Assembly: GCA_000004695.1 (NCBI GenBank)
Contig: CM000150.2
Span: 416,001-480,000, forward strand
Source: Dictyostelium discoideum
Lineage: Eukaryota
DNA: 64,000 bases
Direction: 5' to 3'
The translations under genes were made by a program, and so were the position numbers. This document shows, piece by piece, positions 38,239-62,880 of this stretch; within the stretch, counting starts at the first letter, position 1; the number at the start of each line of letters is the position of its first letter. The notes beneath the pieces were generated by a model. It was not told the origin of the DNA and searched no databases. It saw nothing but the letters and a program-made list of their open reading frames with translations.

Positions 38239-39377
38239 GAAAAAATAAATTTGGAAAAAAAAAAAAAAATATATTATCTGATTGTATTTAAAAAAAAAAT
38301 AAAAAAAAAACTATTGTTATAGATTGATTTGATTTGATTTTTTTTTTTTTTTTTTTTTTTTAATTATAAAATTATTTTAGATTAATTAAAAAAAAAAAAA
38401 TTAATATGTGGTGGTTATATTTATATATAAAATAATAATATCTGTTGCGCTTTGTTTTTTTTTCTAAAAATTAAATTATTTTAGATATTATTATTATTAT
38501 TATTATTATTTTTTTTTTTTTTTTTTTTTTTTTAATACTATGATATATTTTTAGAAAAATTATTTTATAATAAAATTTTTTTTTTTTAAAAAAAATAAAA
38601 GAGAAAAGATTTAGTTAGTTAATGCGAGTGGTGGTTTTTTATTATTATTTATTTTTTTTTTTTTTATTGTGTTGTTGAAAAAGATTAATAGAAAAAATAA
38701 AAAATTAAAATTAAAATTAAAAAATAATAGGTAAAAAAAAAAAAAAAAATTTTTGGAAAAAATTAAAAAAAATAATATTAATTGATATGTGATTAAATAA
38801 ATATATATAAATTGTATATGTGAGATTTTGTGGAGATTTTAATATAATAACCAAAAAAAAAAAAATGATGTTGTTGATGATGAGGTTTTTTTTTTTATTT
38901 TTATTTTTATTTTTATTTTTTTTTTTTATTGTGTTGTTGTTTGGAATTTTAAAAAATAAAAAGGAAAATAAAAAAAAGAACCACAATTATTTAAATAAAA
39001 ATAATAAATTAACCCAAAAAATTATTAAATAAATAATAAAAAAATAAAAATAATATATTATTTTATTTTTATTATATAATTTTTTTATATACTTTTATAT
39101 ATATATATATATGTAAAAATAATAATGTGTAAGAGTGAGCGTGTTTAAAGTGGGGGTTAATAGAAAGAGGTGGTAATGGTGGTTTAGGGAGGGTTTAATT
39201 GTATTTAAAAAAAAAAAAATAATAAAAAAAAAAAAAAACTGAGGTGAGTGGGTGAATTTTAAAATATTTTAAAATTGGGTTTGTTGTTTTATGATTATAC
39301 ATATATACAATTTTTTGATTTTTTTCGATAATTGGGTGTTTAAAAAAAATACAAAACCCACTCCTTAAAAAAAAAAA

Positions 39378-39411
<34 letters not shown>

Positions 39412-39995
39412 TATTTATATAAATAATATTATATATTGTTGTTATCGTTTTTATTGTTTTGTGTGACAATAGTGAGTGAGTTGCATTAAAAAAAAAAAAA
39501 AAAAGAAAAAAAGTAGTAGAAATTATTATTTTAAAAATAATATTAAATGTTGTTGATAAAGGTAGTAGTTGGTAATGTGTTTTTGAGAGAGTGTTGTGTG
39601 TGTGTATGTGTGTGAGTGAAATAAAGAGAAGTGGTTTTTAACAATAAATTAAGATTTGAAAAATGAATTATAAAAACAAAATCACACACAACAATAAAGT
39701 ATTGTATAAAACTTTTTTTTTTTTTTAAACCACACTTTTAAGTTTTATTTAAAATAAGTGTGTTAATAATAATAATTATTATTACTATTAAAGCACACAA
39801 GCACACACAGACATGCGAATGTAAAAGTATAAATTATTATTATTATTTTTTTTTAAAAAAAAAAAAAAAAAATACTATTATTACTATTTATTAATGGTAT
39901 GGTTATTGCAAATTAAATTAAGATAATAGATAAATCTCTTTGAGTATTATAATCAATTTATATCCAAATACTTTTTATTATTATTATTACACTCT

Positions 39996-40028
<33 letters not shown>

Positions 40029-40167
40029 ACACACATGGATATTTTTAAAAGTGGGGGTTAAAATGTGAGTACGGTGTTTATTGATTGTAATTTCAAACTT
40101 TCGTAATATTTTAACTATACATTATGTAGTTGGTGGTTGTAGTTGCAATATTGTTGTTGTTGTTGTT

Positions 40168-40201
<34 letters not shown>

Positions 40202-40366
40202 GTTATTTTATTATAAAAAATAAAAAAATAATATACCCCAACGTATATGTAATAGGTAGGTTAAAAAAATAATAATAATAATAATAAATTTATAATTGAT
40301 TGTTATTCTTGGTAGTGGGCATAATTATAATTATTATTTTGTGTAGATTGATATAACAATATATGA

Positions 40367-40397
<31 letters not shown>

Positions 40398-42376
40398 GTT
40401 TAATGATGTTTAAAATGATGGTAGTTGTAGAAATTGGTCAACTAATTTGGAAAGTGGGTGAATTAAATTAGTGTATGTATGTGTGTTTTGGGAGTGTGTT
40501 TATTATTATTATTATTTTATTTATTTATTTTTTTTTTAGTGTGTTGTGTATGTTGATAAAAACAGTGTGATGATGGTCGGTTAAAAATAATAATTTAAAT
40601 TATTTAATACAAATAATTGTTAAATACCAAGAATAATTGAAAAAGGGTGTTTGAAAGTTTTATGTGTTTCTATTTGAGTGGTTGAATGTTTTGACTTTAA
40701 TTACAATTAAAAAAAAAAAAAAAAAGGAATTTATTCTTATAATTATTTTAAAATAACGTCGCCATATTATTTTAATAATTAATTAAAATACATAAAAAAG
40801 TGTTTTGTTTTTATATATATAAGTGTGTGTGTGTGGGTTTGTTTTCTTATAAAAAAAAATTGTGAATAAATAACACACCACACTATTTAATAATGATGAA
40901 TCGAAATTAATGATTTTAATTGAAAATAACCAATTGGCCAAATAAATTAAACCCAAAAACAACAACAAAAAACAACAACAAAAAACAATAATGAAAACAA
41001 CAACACACTGTTTGTACAAATAATAATTTAATTGGATATATGATGAAACTTTATTATGATAATAATTTTTTTTTTTTTTTTTTTGAGTATGCATGTGGTT
41101 TAAATTTAAATTTCTTGAATTTAAATCATCAAATTACCAATTTTTTACCCATTAAAAGTAATATTTTAAAATAAAATAAAACAAAACAGACCAAAATTTT
41201 AATTTATCTTTTTTTTTTTTTTTTTTTTTTTAAAAGAGTGTATTTGGTGGTAATAATAATTTTTTTAATTATGACAATTGTAAAAACATTTATTATCATT
41301 TTTAATAATTACATATTCTATTAATACCACTCTAACTACTAATAGTAGTAATCTTTGAGATTATAATTAACAATAATATTATTATCTATTATTACCACTA
41401 TTATTTTATTATATTTAATAATAATTATTATTATTATTTTTATTATTATTATTATTACTATTGTTTTTTTTTTTTTTTTTTATGGTATAATAATTATAAT
41501 AAATAAATAAAAAAATTTCGACCAATGATCATACTCGATAATGATGTTAACACTTATTTTTATTTTTTTTAATTATTGTTTTCAATATATAAATTTTTTT
41601 TTTTTGAATATTATTTTTGTAAAGATCACCACTACCATTTATTTTCAAACAATTGTCATACTTTTAAAAAAAAAAAAAAATATATATATACATGTATGTT
41701 TTTTTAGACTAAATACAATTGTTATGCAATAACAAGTACAAAATTATAATAAAAAAATAATAAAAAAAAAATAATAAAAAAAAAATAATAAAATAAAAAG
41801 AAAAAAATAAAAAGAAAAAGAAAAAAATATATGTGTAATAGATGGTAAAGATTAATTTTTTTTTTTTTTTTTTTGGTTTATGGTAAGAGAGAAAAAAAAA
41901 AAAAAAAATTTTAAACCCTTACATTATATTTATATTTTGAAAAAAAAAAAAAAATTAAGCTTTTCGTTTAAATAATGAACCTATAGTTAAATTCGATTGA
42001 AGTAATTTTATTATTTTCAAGTTTGGAAAAATAAAATAAAAAATAAAAAATTAAGTCAGGTTTTATTTTTTTTTTTTTTTTTTTTTATTATTTTTTTCAC
42101 TATTGCTATTATTGATGAATTATTTTTATTATTGTTGTATTTATTATTTTTAATATCCATTTTAAAAAAAATAAAAAAAAAAAAAAATGATTAGGAAATA
42201 AAAAAAAAAAAAAATGGTAAAAAAAAAAAAAAAATGATGAGAAAAAATTTGTGGATGTTGGTGTTTTTTTTTTTTGTAATTATTTTTTTTATTATTTTAA
42301 AAAAAAAAAAAAAAATGTTTATATAATTAATTGCCAAAATAAATATTTACTGTTATTTAAAGTATCAATACTATTA

Positions 42377-42410
<34 letters not shown>

Positions 42411-42544
42411 TATAAATGAAATTGAATTTATTGTAGATTATTAAAAAAAAAAGTAAAAAAAAAATAAATAAAATAAATAATAATAAACGATTACAATTAT
42501 TTGTTTAAAATGAAAAAAAAAATAAAAAAAATAATTACTATTGT

Positions 42545-42580
<36 letters not shown>

Positions 42581-43438
42581 TTAAATTATAAATATGTGTA
42601 TTTATATATTATTAATTATTTATAATAATAGTAGTGATAATTTATGATTAAGTTATTAAAATCAATGGCAATTATTTTTTTATTTTTATTTTTATTTTTT
42701 ATTTTTATTTTTTTAAAAAAAACCATAGGTGTTAGATATTAAATATATAATTTGTGTGTGTATTTATGTGGGGGTAGTTTTATAATTTTATTTTAAATGA
42801 ATTATATTTTTCTTCTTTATCATTTCCATTATACCCAATTGTCAAGTAGGTATCTTTCAATACCGCTACTACTACTACTACTACTACAATTAGAATTGAA
42901 TAAAAACAAATTATAAATAAATACCACATACAAGTAAAAATAAAATAAAAATGTCATATGAATAAATTTTATTTTTATTTTATTTCATTTTATTTTATTT
43001 TATTTTTTAACAAATATAGAAAACAATACATAATTATCATTGGTTTTTAGTATAATTTTTATTTTTTTATATTTTGAGAATTTGTGTGTAAAAATACAAT
43101 TTAATTTTTTTTTTTTTTTTTTTTTTTAATATTTATTACTTTAAAATATGAAATTATTGTTATTATTTTTATTATTATTATTTGTTTGAACAAAATATTA
43201 CATTTTTCATTTTATTTGTTATTTATATAAATATTTAATTATATAAATAAATAACACACACAAAAAAATTTTAAAAAATCTGTCGAATAGTTTTATCACC
43301 TTTATACCCCCAAATAGTACACGCAAAAATACATATAATGAGTGTGAATAAAAATATATGTCTTTTCGAAATGATCAAAAGAAATATCTAAAATTTATTA
43401 ATTATTTTATTATTTAATTATTTTGGTACAAATGTTTT

Positions 43439-43445
<7 letters not shown>

Positions 43446-43476
<31 letters not shown>
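43446..43476. repeat. (GT)15 dinucleotide microsatellite, followed at 43556-43592 by the tandem repeat (GTGGTAGTT)4
   Basis: Direct reading of 'gtgtgtgtgtgtgtgtgtgtgtgtgtgtgtg' and 'gtggtagttgtggtagttgtggtagttgtggtagtt'. Confidence 0.9.
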
Positions 43477-43478
<2 letters not shown>

Positions 43479-43828
43479 AATTTTAAAATTATAAATTTTG
43501 GTTTTTATGTGTGTATGGTGAGCGAGTGTTTGTGTAATGGTGGTTTTTGTGGTAGTTGTGGTAGTTGTGGTAGTTGTGGTAGTTTATTAAAAACAATGAA
43601 TGTCTTTATTTTTTTTTTTATTGGTATATAATTTAGTTAATGTAATACTGGAATTTTGTTTTTTTTTATGACTTTAACAAATAAAAAAAAAAAACTAAAC
43701 AAATAAATAAATAGCGAATCAATTGTGGAGGTGCAAGTGGAAATGAGATCTTTATTGTTTATTTATTTATTTATTTTCTTTCTAATATAAAGTCCCATTG
43801 TAATTATTTAATTGAAAAAATAATAAAA

Positions 43829-43877
<49 letters not shown>

Positions 43878-44131
43878 ATAAATAAATCCAATATATTTTT
43901 TATTTCCTTTTTTTTACTTTAAATATAAACAAATACAAGTAATATATATATATTACTTTTTTTTTTTTTTTTACTTTATAAATATTAATCTTGATTTACA
44001 AATTAATAAAAAAGAATTTATATTATTTTTAAACCTTTTTTATTTTTTTTTATTTTTTTTTTATTTCAAAGGTTTAATTAATTTATAAATTAAAAAAATA
44101 ATAAAAATAAAAAATGAATAAATAAATTGTG

Positions 44132-44169
<38 letters not shown>

Positions 44170-44946
44170 GAATAGATAAAAAAAAAAAAAAATAAAAAAA
44201 TAAAAAAATAAAAAAATTTTTATCAGTGGATAAAAATAATAATAATAGTAACAATAATAAAAATAATAAAAATAAAAACAAACTCATTTGTGATGATATA
44301 AATCTCTTTTAACTTTTTTTTTACTATGTATTGTTTTTATATTTTTTTTGTTTTTTTTTAATATTATTATTTTTATTATTGTAGTTGGTGGTGGTGGTGG
44401 TGGTGGTGGTGGTGGTAAACATTTGAATTCTCTTTGTTCTATGTTGAGAAAAAGTGTAAAATAAAAAAAATAAAAATAAAAATAAAAATTTAAAAATAAG
44501 ATTATTCCAACTTAATATATATTAAGTTTAATTTTTTTTTTTTTTTTTTTTAAATTCAAAAATAATAATAAAAATAATAATAATAAAAGTGTGGTATAAT
44601 TGTGTTATTAATTCAACAACCCAGAAAAAGAATTGCACAAATTTGATGATAACAATAAATTTAATCACCCAACGAGTTTTATTAAAAAAAAAAAAATGTA
44701 AAGATAAACAATAAATAAAAATAAAAAGAAAAAGAAAAATAAAAATAAAAATAAAAAAAAATAAAAATAAAAAAAGTAAAACTAAGCTGGGGGAGTGTTT
44801 TAAAAGGGTGTAGATAAATTTAGTCTTTTTTTTGACACAAAAAAGAATCAATACACTCTCTTGCACATACCTTGCAACTCGGAAATTGTAATTTATTAAA
44901 AAAAAAAAAAAAAAAAAAAATAATAATTTAATTTATTGTGCAAAAG

Positions 44947-44977
<31 letters not shown>

Positions 44978-45109
44978 AATAAAAAGAGAAAAAAATATAT
45001 ATATAATAATAAAGAAAAAAATAGAGAGAACTAGGTTTAAAAATGGTAGAAAATGGTGGTTATTGAAATGCAAGTGGTCGACATTATTAAATACAACGAA
45101 TAAACCCCC

Positions 45110-45151
<42 letters not shown>

Positions 45152-45406
45152 TAAAATTAGTGGATAAAACCATCCATTGTATTTACAAACAATTGAATGA
45201 AAAAAAATAAAAAAAAAAAATAGTTATTTTTTTGAATCTCTTACCTTTTTTTTTTTTCTTGACTGTGGTTTAAAAAAAATAAAATCTAAATTTTACCAAA
45301 TTATAAAAGAAGAATTAATGTAATTGATTTTATTTTTTTTTAATTATTTTTTGTTGCGGTTTGAAAAAATATTAATAATAGAGAACAGTATAATTTTCGT
45401 TTTCTT

Positions 45407-45442
<36 letters not shown>

Positions 45443-47214
45443 GTAATAACAATAATATTAAAATAAATTTATTATCCAATTAGAAATAATTACGTTTATC
45501 TTTAATACCTTTTTTTTTTTTTTTTTTCTGTGTTTTTTTTATGTTTTTTTTTTAAATTATTTTTTATTTTTTTTATTTTTTAAAGTTTTAAAAATATTAT
45601 GGAGGTTTTAAGAAAGTGAAAATCCTTTCTATATTTTTGAGAAAAATTAAATTAAATGGAATAATGAAAATTGGGTTTATTTATTTTTTATTTTAAAATA
45701 TTTTTATTTTTAAGTAATTGGAAAATAAAAAAAATATGGAAAATTGAGTGGAAGTTAAGTTTTTTGAATAGGAAAAAAAAAAAAATGAAAAAATTTTGTT
45801 TTGAAAAAAAAGGGTTTTTATAATTATATATCTTTATAGTTAATTATTGGGAAAGCCACAAAAACAGCCAATTGAAGAAAATCCATTGAAAAAAAAAAAA
45901 AAAAAAAAAAAAAACAATAAAAAAAAAGGTGTTTAAAAAAAGGGAGCGTAAAAGGTCAAATCAAAAAAAAAGGAAAAATTATAAAATTAATTTAAAAAAA
46001 ACACTACCGTCAAGGTGTTTATATTGAAGATGTTTTAGATTTCATTAAAATTCCTAAATTGTACAAGAGGGCCAAATCTTAATTGGGAAAATTGAAAATA
46101 AAAATAAAAATAAAAATAAAAATAAAATAAAACCAATAAAAATAAAAAAAAAAAAAAAAATAAAAATAAAAAAGTTTAAACTTTTTTAATTTTAATTTTA
46201 ATTATTTTTAAAATAAAAAAAAAAAAAATAAAAATAAAAATAAAAAAACTTATTTCATTTGTGTGAAAGGAAAGAAATTTAAAAAAAATTAAATTGAATT
46301 TTTATAATAAAAAAAAAAAAAAAAAAAAAAATTAAATCCACAAAAAAAAAAAAAGTTTTTTTGAAATGATATATAAAATCTTTACTCACCTTTTTTTCGT
46401 CGGGCTAGTGTTACAATTGTGAATATGAAATTTTTTTTTTTTTTTTTTGGTTTGTTTTGTGAATATAAGAGAGGCAATACCAAAATTTGAAGAAATATAT
46501 TATGTTTACAATATATATTATATATTTTTACTAATGTGACAATTTTTTTTTTTTTTATCTTTTTTTTTATTATTATTATTGTTATTATTATCCTTTTCTT
46601 TTTTTTATTTTTCTATTTTTATTTTTAAAATTGAATGACTGTTTTTTTTTTTTTTTTTTGTTTTTACTTTTTTTTTTTTCTTTTTTTCCAATTATTTTTT
46701 TTACTTTTTTTTTTTTTTTTTTAATATTATTTTTATTATTGTACAGTGGGTGGGACGATCATTCAGAAAAGAAAAAAAAAAAAAAAAGAAATTGTTTTTC
46801 AATGGGACCCACTTTTTTAATATTGACAAAGGGCAAAGATTTAAATAAAAAATTCAAAAAAATTCAAAAACTAAAAAAAAAAAAAAATAAAAAAAAATAA
46901 AAAAAAATAAAAAAAAATAAAAAAAAATAAAATAATCATCATATGAAAATATCTTGTTTGAGTGATTGAAATTAAAAAAAAAAAAAAGAGGAAAAAAAAA
47001 AATGATGAAATTTTAATTTTTTTTTCCAAATTTTTAAACGAAACCCAAACTTTGCATTTTGTAGCTACAAAAAAAAAAAATAATAAAAAAAAAAAATAAT
47101 AAAAAAAAAAAAATGAAAAAAAAAAAAAATTTTTGATCAAGATATTTTTTGTTTAGAAATTGATTATAATAATTTTTTCACCCACCAATCGAGATTTTGT
47201 ATGAGTTTTTTGTT

Positions 47215-47245
<31 letters not shown>

Positions 47246-47798
47246 AGTTTTCATAGTTTCCCAACTTAACTTACAAGTTTTAATTATTGTCCAATAAGAA
47301 AAAAAATTTTTTAAAAAAAAAAAAAAAAAAGTAAAATTTTTTGAAAATAAAAAAAAAAAAATAAAAATTTGTTTGAGTCGATTAATATTAATCACCATCA
47401 CAATCCTTTAAAATTCTTTTTTTTTTTGTTTCTGTTCACTTTTTTTTTTTATTTTTTCATTTTTATTTTTGTTTTTATTTTTTTTATTATTTATTTTATT
47501 AAAAAAAAAAAAAAAAATATTGACATTAATGATTTTTTTTATAATAAAAAAAAAAAAAATGTCAGAATATTATAATGAAAGCTATGATTATGGAAGCAAG
47601 AAACTTTTTTTTTTTTTTTTTTTTTTTCAATTTTTCATTATTTCTGTCCAAAAATTTGTTAGAATTTTTTTTTGTTTGAAAACTGTTTATATAAAATTTG
47701 GCCAATTCCAGATTTAAACCACTTTTTTTTTTTTTTTTTTTATAAGTTTTTTTTTTTTTTTTTTTTATATAAAAAAATATTGTTATCACCATTACAAA

Positions 47799-47842
<44 letters not shown>

Positions 47843-48232
47843 AAATTAATTGAATAGGGTGGATACAATGAAATATATCAAATTATTTGTTTTATAAATA
47901 ATTAGAATACTTTACCTATTAAAATATTAAGGAAGTGATAAATTTAAAAAATTAATTAAAGAAAAAAAAAAAAAAAAAATTAAAAACAAAAACTTACCAT
48001 AAAAAGAAATCTTTTTTTTTTTTGGATTTTAAATTCAATAATTAAATTCCAATAATAACTGATGATGAAGGTTTTTATTTTTATTTTTTGACTTTTTTTT
48101 TTTTTTTTCTCTCATTTTAAAAAAAAAAAAAAAAATTAAAAAAAAAAAAAAAAAAAAAAATTTTAAAACCATATATGTATATAAATAAACAAATAAACAA
48201 ATAAGTATAAAATCAACGGCTAAAAAAAGTTC

Positions 48233-48268
<36 letters not shown>

Positions 48269-48518
48269 CAAAATTTTTCATTTTTTTTTTTTTTTATTTT
48301 TTTTTCAAAATTTTATTTAATTTTTTTTTCAATTTTTATTAAATTTTTTTTTTCTTTTTTCAAACACACAAATTTTTTCTTTTTTTTTTTTTTCATATAA
48401 ATTATTAAATTTACGTGTTCATTTAAACTTCTATTATGTTATTCAAACAAAACAAAGAAGAATAATTTTTTATTGGTTAATTTTTTTTTTTTTTCCATCT
48501 AAAATTATTTCTTTTTTT

Positions 48519-48560
<42 letters not shown>

Positions 48561-48906
48561 TACACATAGCCGACTTCAATAAAATTGTAAGTGTTTTTTT
48601 TATACCCGTTGAAAAAAAAAAAAAAAAAAAAAAAAAAATTCAAAAAAAAAAAAAAAAAAAAAAAAAAATTCAAAATAAAATCAACTTAAATTGATTAAAT
48701 AAATCAAAAATTTCAAAATATAAATTTAAAATTAATTTTTTTTAACTTGGATTTTTTTTTATTTTTATTATCATTTTATTTATTATTATTATTTTTTTAT
48801 TTTTTTTTTATTTTTTTTTTTTCTTTTTTTCATAGGGAAATAATTTAATCTATAGAAATATAAAGAATAATATATATAAAAATATAAATATTTGATACCA
48901 TTCGAA

Positions 48907-48937
<31 letters not shown>

Positions 48938-48991
48938 ATTAATTAATTATATAAAATAAAAATAAAAATAAAAAAAAAAAAAAGAAAAGAA

Positions 48992-58183
<9,192 letters not shown>

Positions 58184-59039
58184 GTTAAATCTATACATTT
58201 TTTATTTTTTATTTTTTATTTTTTTTTTTAATTATTTTAATCTTTTTCTGTTTTTTTTTATTTTTATTTTTATTTTTAATTATTTATCATATTATTTTAA
58301 AATTTATTATTATTATTGTTTTTGAAATTTTATTATTTGTTTAACTACCAATTTACCTTTTTTTATTATTTTAATTGTATTATAATCTTTAATCTGTAAT
58401 AATTATTTGTTTTTTAAAAAATGAAAATGGTAATGCAAATTGAAATACTAACTTTATTTTAAAATTTTATTATTATAATTATAGATACACATATCAACCA
58501 CAATAATAAATTAAATCTTTTTTGTTTGTGAGTGATAAAAAAGTAAATGCCCCCTCTAAAAAATAAAAAAAAAAAAAAAAAATAATTAAAAAAAAAAAAC
58601 CAAAACCATAAAAAAAAAAAAAGATATTTTATTATTTTATTTTTTTTTTTGGTTTAAATCCAAACCTATTTTTTTAATTATATCACTACCACCCTTGCAT
58701 TTATGATTGATTTAAAATTTTAACTAAACTCCTTTATATAAAAGATCTATTTTACAAAAATAAGGAATTTTAAACCCACACACAAAAATGAGTATGATTA
58801 TTTTTATTTCATTTTTTTAATATTTATTATTTTAATTATTATTTATTTATAAAAAAGAAAAAAAAAAAAAAAAAAAATTAAAATTAAATAAAAATAACCA
58901 TTATTCTTGCTAGTGATTATATTATTTCAATTATAAATATGTACATGTAATGTATAATAAATATAAAATAATTTTATATATAAATATAAATACTTTTAGA
59001 CAAATACAATACTTCCAATAAATAAAAATTTTATTATTA

Positions 59040-59071
<32 letters not shown>

Positions 59072-59180
59072 TTTATTATTTATACTTTTGTAGTAGTTCA
59101 AATTTAATTAACAAATCAAAAAAGATTAAATATTATTATTGTTTACTGATAAATAAAATAAAATAATTTTGTGGTAGTTG

Positions 59181-59227
<47 letters not shown>

Positions 59228-59553
59228 TGAAAATATGTGTTGAGGGTTTTAATTTTTTGTTTTGTTTATTTTAGGCGATAAATAGATTTCGATAATTATT
59301 GGTTTTAATTTGTTTGTTTGATTTTCTTAAATTTTTTATTTTAAATAATTTTTTTTTTTTTTTTTTTTTTTTTTTATTTTCTTTTTTAATAAATTATAAA
59401 ATATATAAAAATAATTGATTTTTTCTTTATTATTTATTTATTATTTTAAAGAAGATAAATATTTACTAAAATAAAGTAATTTATTATTATTTTTAAAATA
59501 GAATTTAAATAAATTAAATTAAAAATAATTTAATTTAATTTTTAAAAAAAAAT

Positions 59554-59584
<31 letters not shown>

Positions 59585-60397
59585 TAAATAAAAAAAAAAA
59601 AAAAACAACAAGTATCAATTAATTTAAAATCAAATGACAATTTTAAGTAAGATTTTATAAAAAATTATTAAATTTAATATCATCATCAATAATTGTAAAT
59701 TAAATTAAATAAATATTAATTTTTTTTTATTTTTTTTTTTATAGAAACAATAAATAATCTAAATATATTTAATTCTAAAATTAAAATTAATATAAATCAA
59801 AATGAAATCGCTTATGAATTAGAGCATAAATCAATCTATACTAAGAATTCATTCTCAAAAGCTGGTGATATTATGGATTTTTATTCATGGAGAGATAAAA
59901 ACTATCCATATATTACAAGATAATTTTGTAAAAAAAATAAAGGAAAAAAAAAAAAAAAAAAATTTAAAATTGTATATATAATAAATAAAAAAAAAAAAAT
60001 GGAAATCATTGTTTTAATGAAATCAAATAATAATTAAATAAATTTACAAATTAAATCATTAAATTAATACTTTAATTTGTATTAAAAAAAAAAAAATAGA
60101 TTTTTAAAAAAAAAAAAAAATTAATAAAAATATAACTATTTTATTTAATCTTTATTAAATCTTTATATATTTTATTAAATCTTTATTTTCATCTTTATTA
60201 AATCTTTAATTTAATCTTTGTTTTGATTTTTTTATATTTTATATTTATTAAATCTTTATTTTAATCTTTATTAAATCTTTAATTATTCAATAAGTAAATT
60301 TTTTTGTTTAATTTTTTCTAATCAATTTTTTTTTTTTTTTTTTTATTTAAATAAAAATGTTTATTAATTTATTTTGTACTTTTTTTTTCATGAATAT

Positions 60398-60599
60398 TTA
60401 AACAAATGAATGAGGTAACAATTCTGAAGAACTTGTTAAATTTGAACTTGATAATAAATCTTCATCATTGATTAAAAGTGGTGTTTCCATAAAGAAACTA
60501 TTTGTATTTGTTGAAGAACCATTTATACAATCTATGATACCAAAACTATCCAAATTTGAGTTTGTTAATAAATTAAATGTATCATCTTTAATGGAGCAT

Positions 60600-60659
<60 letters not shown>

Positions 60660-61085
60660 GTAGCTGTTGTTCTATTGCTACTGCAATTATTAATAGTTAA
60701 AACATCTGTTGACATTTGAAGTGGAGACTCGATGGTTTCAATATCACTTCCACAATTACTACCATTATTAATACTACTACTGAAACTATCACAATTTGGA
60801 TGAGGAGTATTTACTGATAATCCACTAAAACTATCAGTTGGACTAGATCCTGAATCAGATAATGTTGAATAATTTGAAGATGATTGATTATCATCAGAGT
60901 TTGGTGATAAATTCATTGGTACTTGAGAAGTAATTATTGTTGCTGTTGATGTTGTCGTTGTTGTTGTTGTTCCTAAAATTTCATTTTCATTTGTTTGATT
61001 TGAATTATTAATTGATAAATTTTGTTGTTGTTCCTCTTGTTGTTTTTGTTGTTCTTGTTGTTGTTTTTGTTGTTCTTGTTGCTGT

Positions 61086-61116
<31 letters not shown>

Positions 61117-62842
61117 TTTGTGAATTATTTTCTTTTATAATTGTTTGATTTGTATTTACATTATTTTTATTATTATTGATGTGGTGATTATTGATTTTTG
61201 TATTATTATTATTATTTTTATTATTTTTATTATTTTTATTTTTACTATTTTTTTTATTATTATTATTATTTTTAATATTAGTAGTTTTATTTGAATTTAA
61301 AGAAACTGAAGGAACATAAGGATTTTGATCATTTGGGCCAGAAAAACTATTATTTTGAATAACATATTGACCCAAACTTGAAGGCGAACCACTTGAATTA
61401 TATAAAACGTTTCCTTGCATTTCAAAGTTTGCTAAATTTGGTACAAAACCGTTTGAGTCTTGAGTACAATTGGTGGTATTATTATTATATGGGAAGATAT
61501 CCATTGGTGATTCGAATTGGGGGAATCCACCATTTGTATTAATCGCACAATTTTGATTACCTGTTGAAACATTTTGGAATATATTTTGATAATAATGATT
61601 TTGTTGATTTAAAAATGGTTCTTGATTAATTTGTTGTTGTTGTTGTTGGACTTGTTGTTGTTGTTGTAGCTGTTGTTGGACTTGTTGGTGGACTTGTTGT
61701 TGAACTTGCTGAATTTGTTGCTGAATTTGTTTATCATTATTATTTATGTTGTTGTTGCTGTTGTTATTACTAACATTATTATTTATACAAGTGAAACCAA
61801 GTTGTTGGTTACTAAATAAATTTCCACCTCCGCCACCACTACTGCCACCACCACTATTAGTAATGGTACCACTACTACTCCCTAAAGAACTATTTAAAGA
61901 TGTACCACAACTACTACTACTACTACCAGCACCACCAGAGCCACCAGAAGAACTTAATAAATTATTCTTTTCCATTATAGCTTGAACTTGTTCATTCAAT
62001 TGAGGTTGTTCATGTTTAGTATGTGTTATTTTACCTGGTTTTGATTTTGACTTTGGTTTTGGTTTAGTTTTTGTTGTTTTAATTGGTTTACCAGTGAAAA
62101 ATGAATTTGAAGGTGTCATATATTCATGAAAGGTATGACTCTTTTTAGTATCACTAACTGGTGTACCAACATTATTGAGTGTACCATTGGTATAAACGAT
62201 TGATGGTGCCACTTCTCCAAATACTTTAGAACGATGAGTATTATATTTATTATTTCTTTTTGATGGTGTAGTTATGTTTACTGCTGCTGCTGTATTGTTG
62301 GAAGTTGTGGTGGTAGATGTTAAATTTGGTAAACCTTGATTATTTATTTGTTGGTTTAATTGTGTAATTGTATTATTGGTATTATTATTTACATTTGTTG
62401 ATTGATTAAATTTAATATTATTCTTTGTCAACTTTTGTTTCTTTGCATATGCTAAACCACATGCATTACAAAGTCTATTATTATTCAAAAATTATTAATA
62501 TATATATATATATATATATATGTTTTCTTTTTATTAAATAAATTAAATACATACGTTGCAGGGCCTTCTGGACCTTTTCTCCATTCTGGAGTATTACTTG
62601 TATTACATTGATAACATTTTAAAGAGTCTTTATCAATGTTTGCGCTTCTTCTTCTATGTGTCTTAAAAATAAATAGAAAAAAAAAATATATATTAATATT
62701 AATTTATGTTAAAATAATAATAATAATAATAATACATACTCTTTTTATTGGTACATTCTCCAAAACTGTATACAAAGCACCATCTTTACCTGATGAAGTA
62801 ACTGGAATTAAAACATCTTGAAATTGTTTTGGTGATTTACCA

Positions 62843-62880
<38 letters not shown>

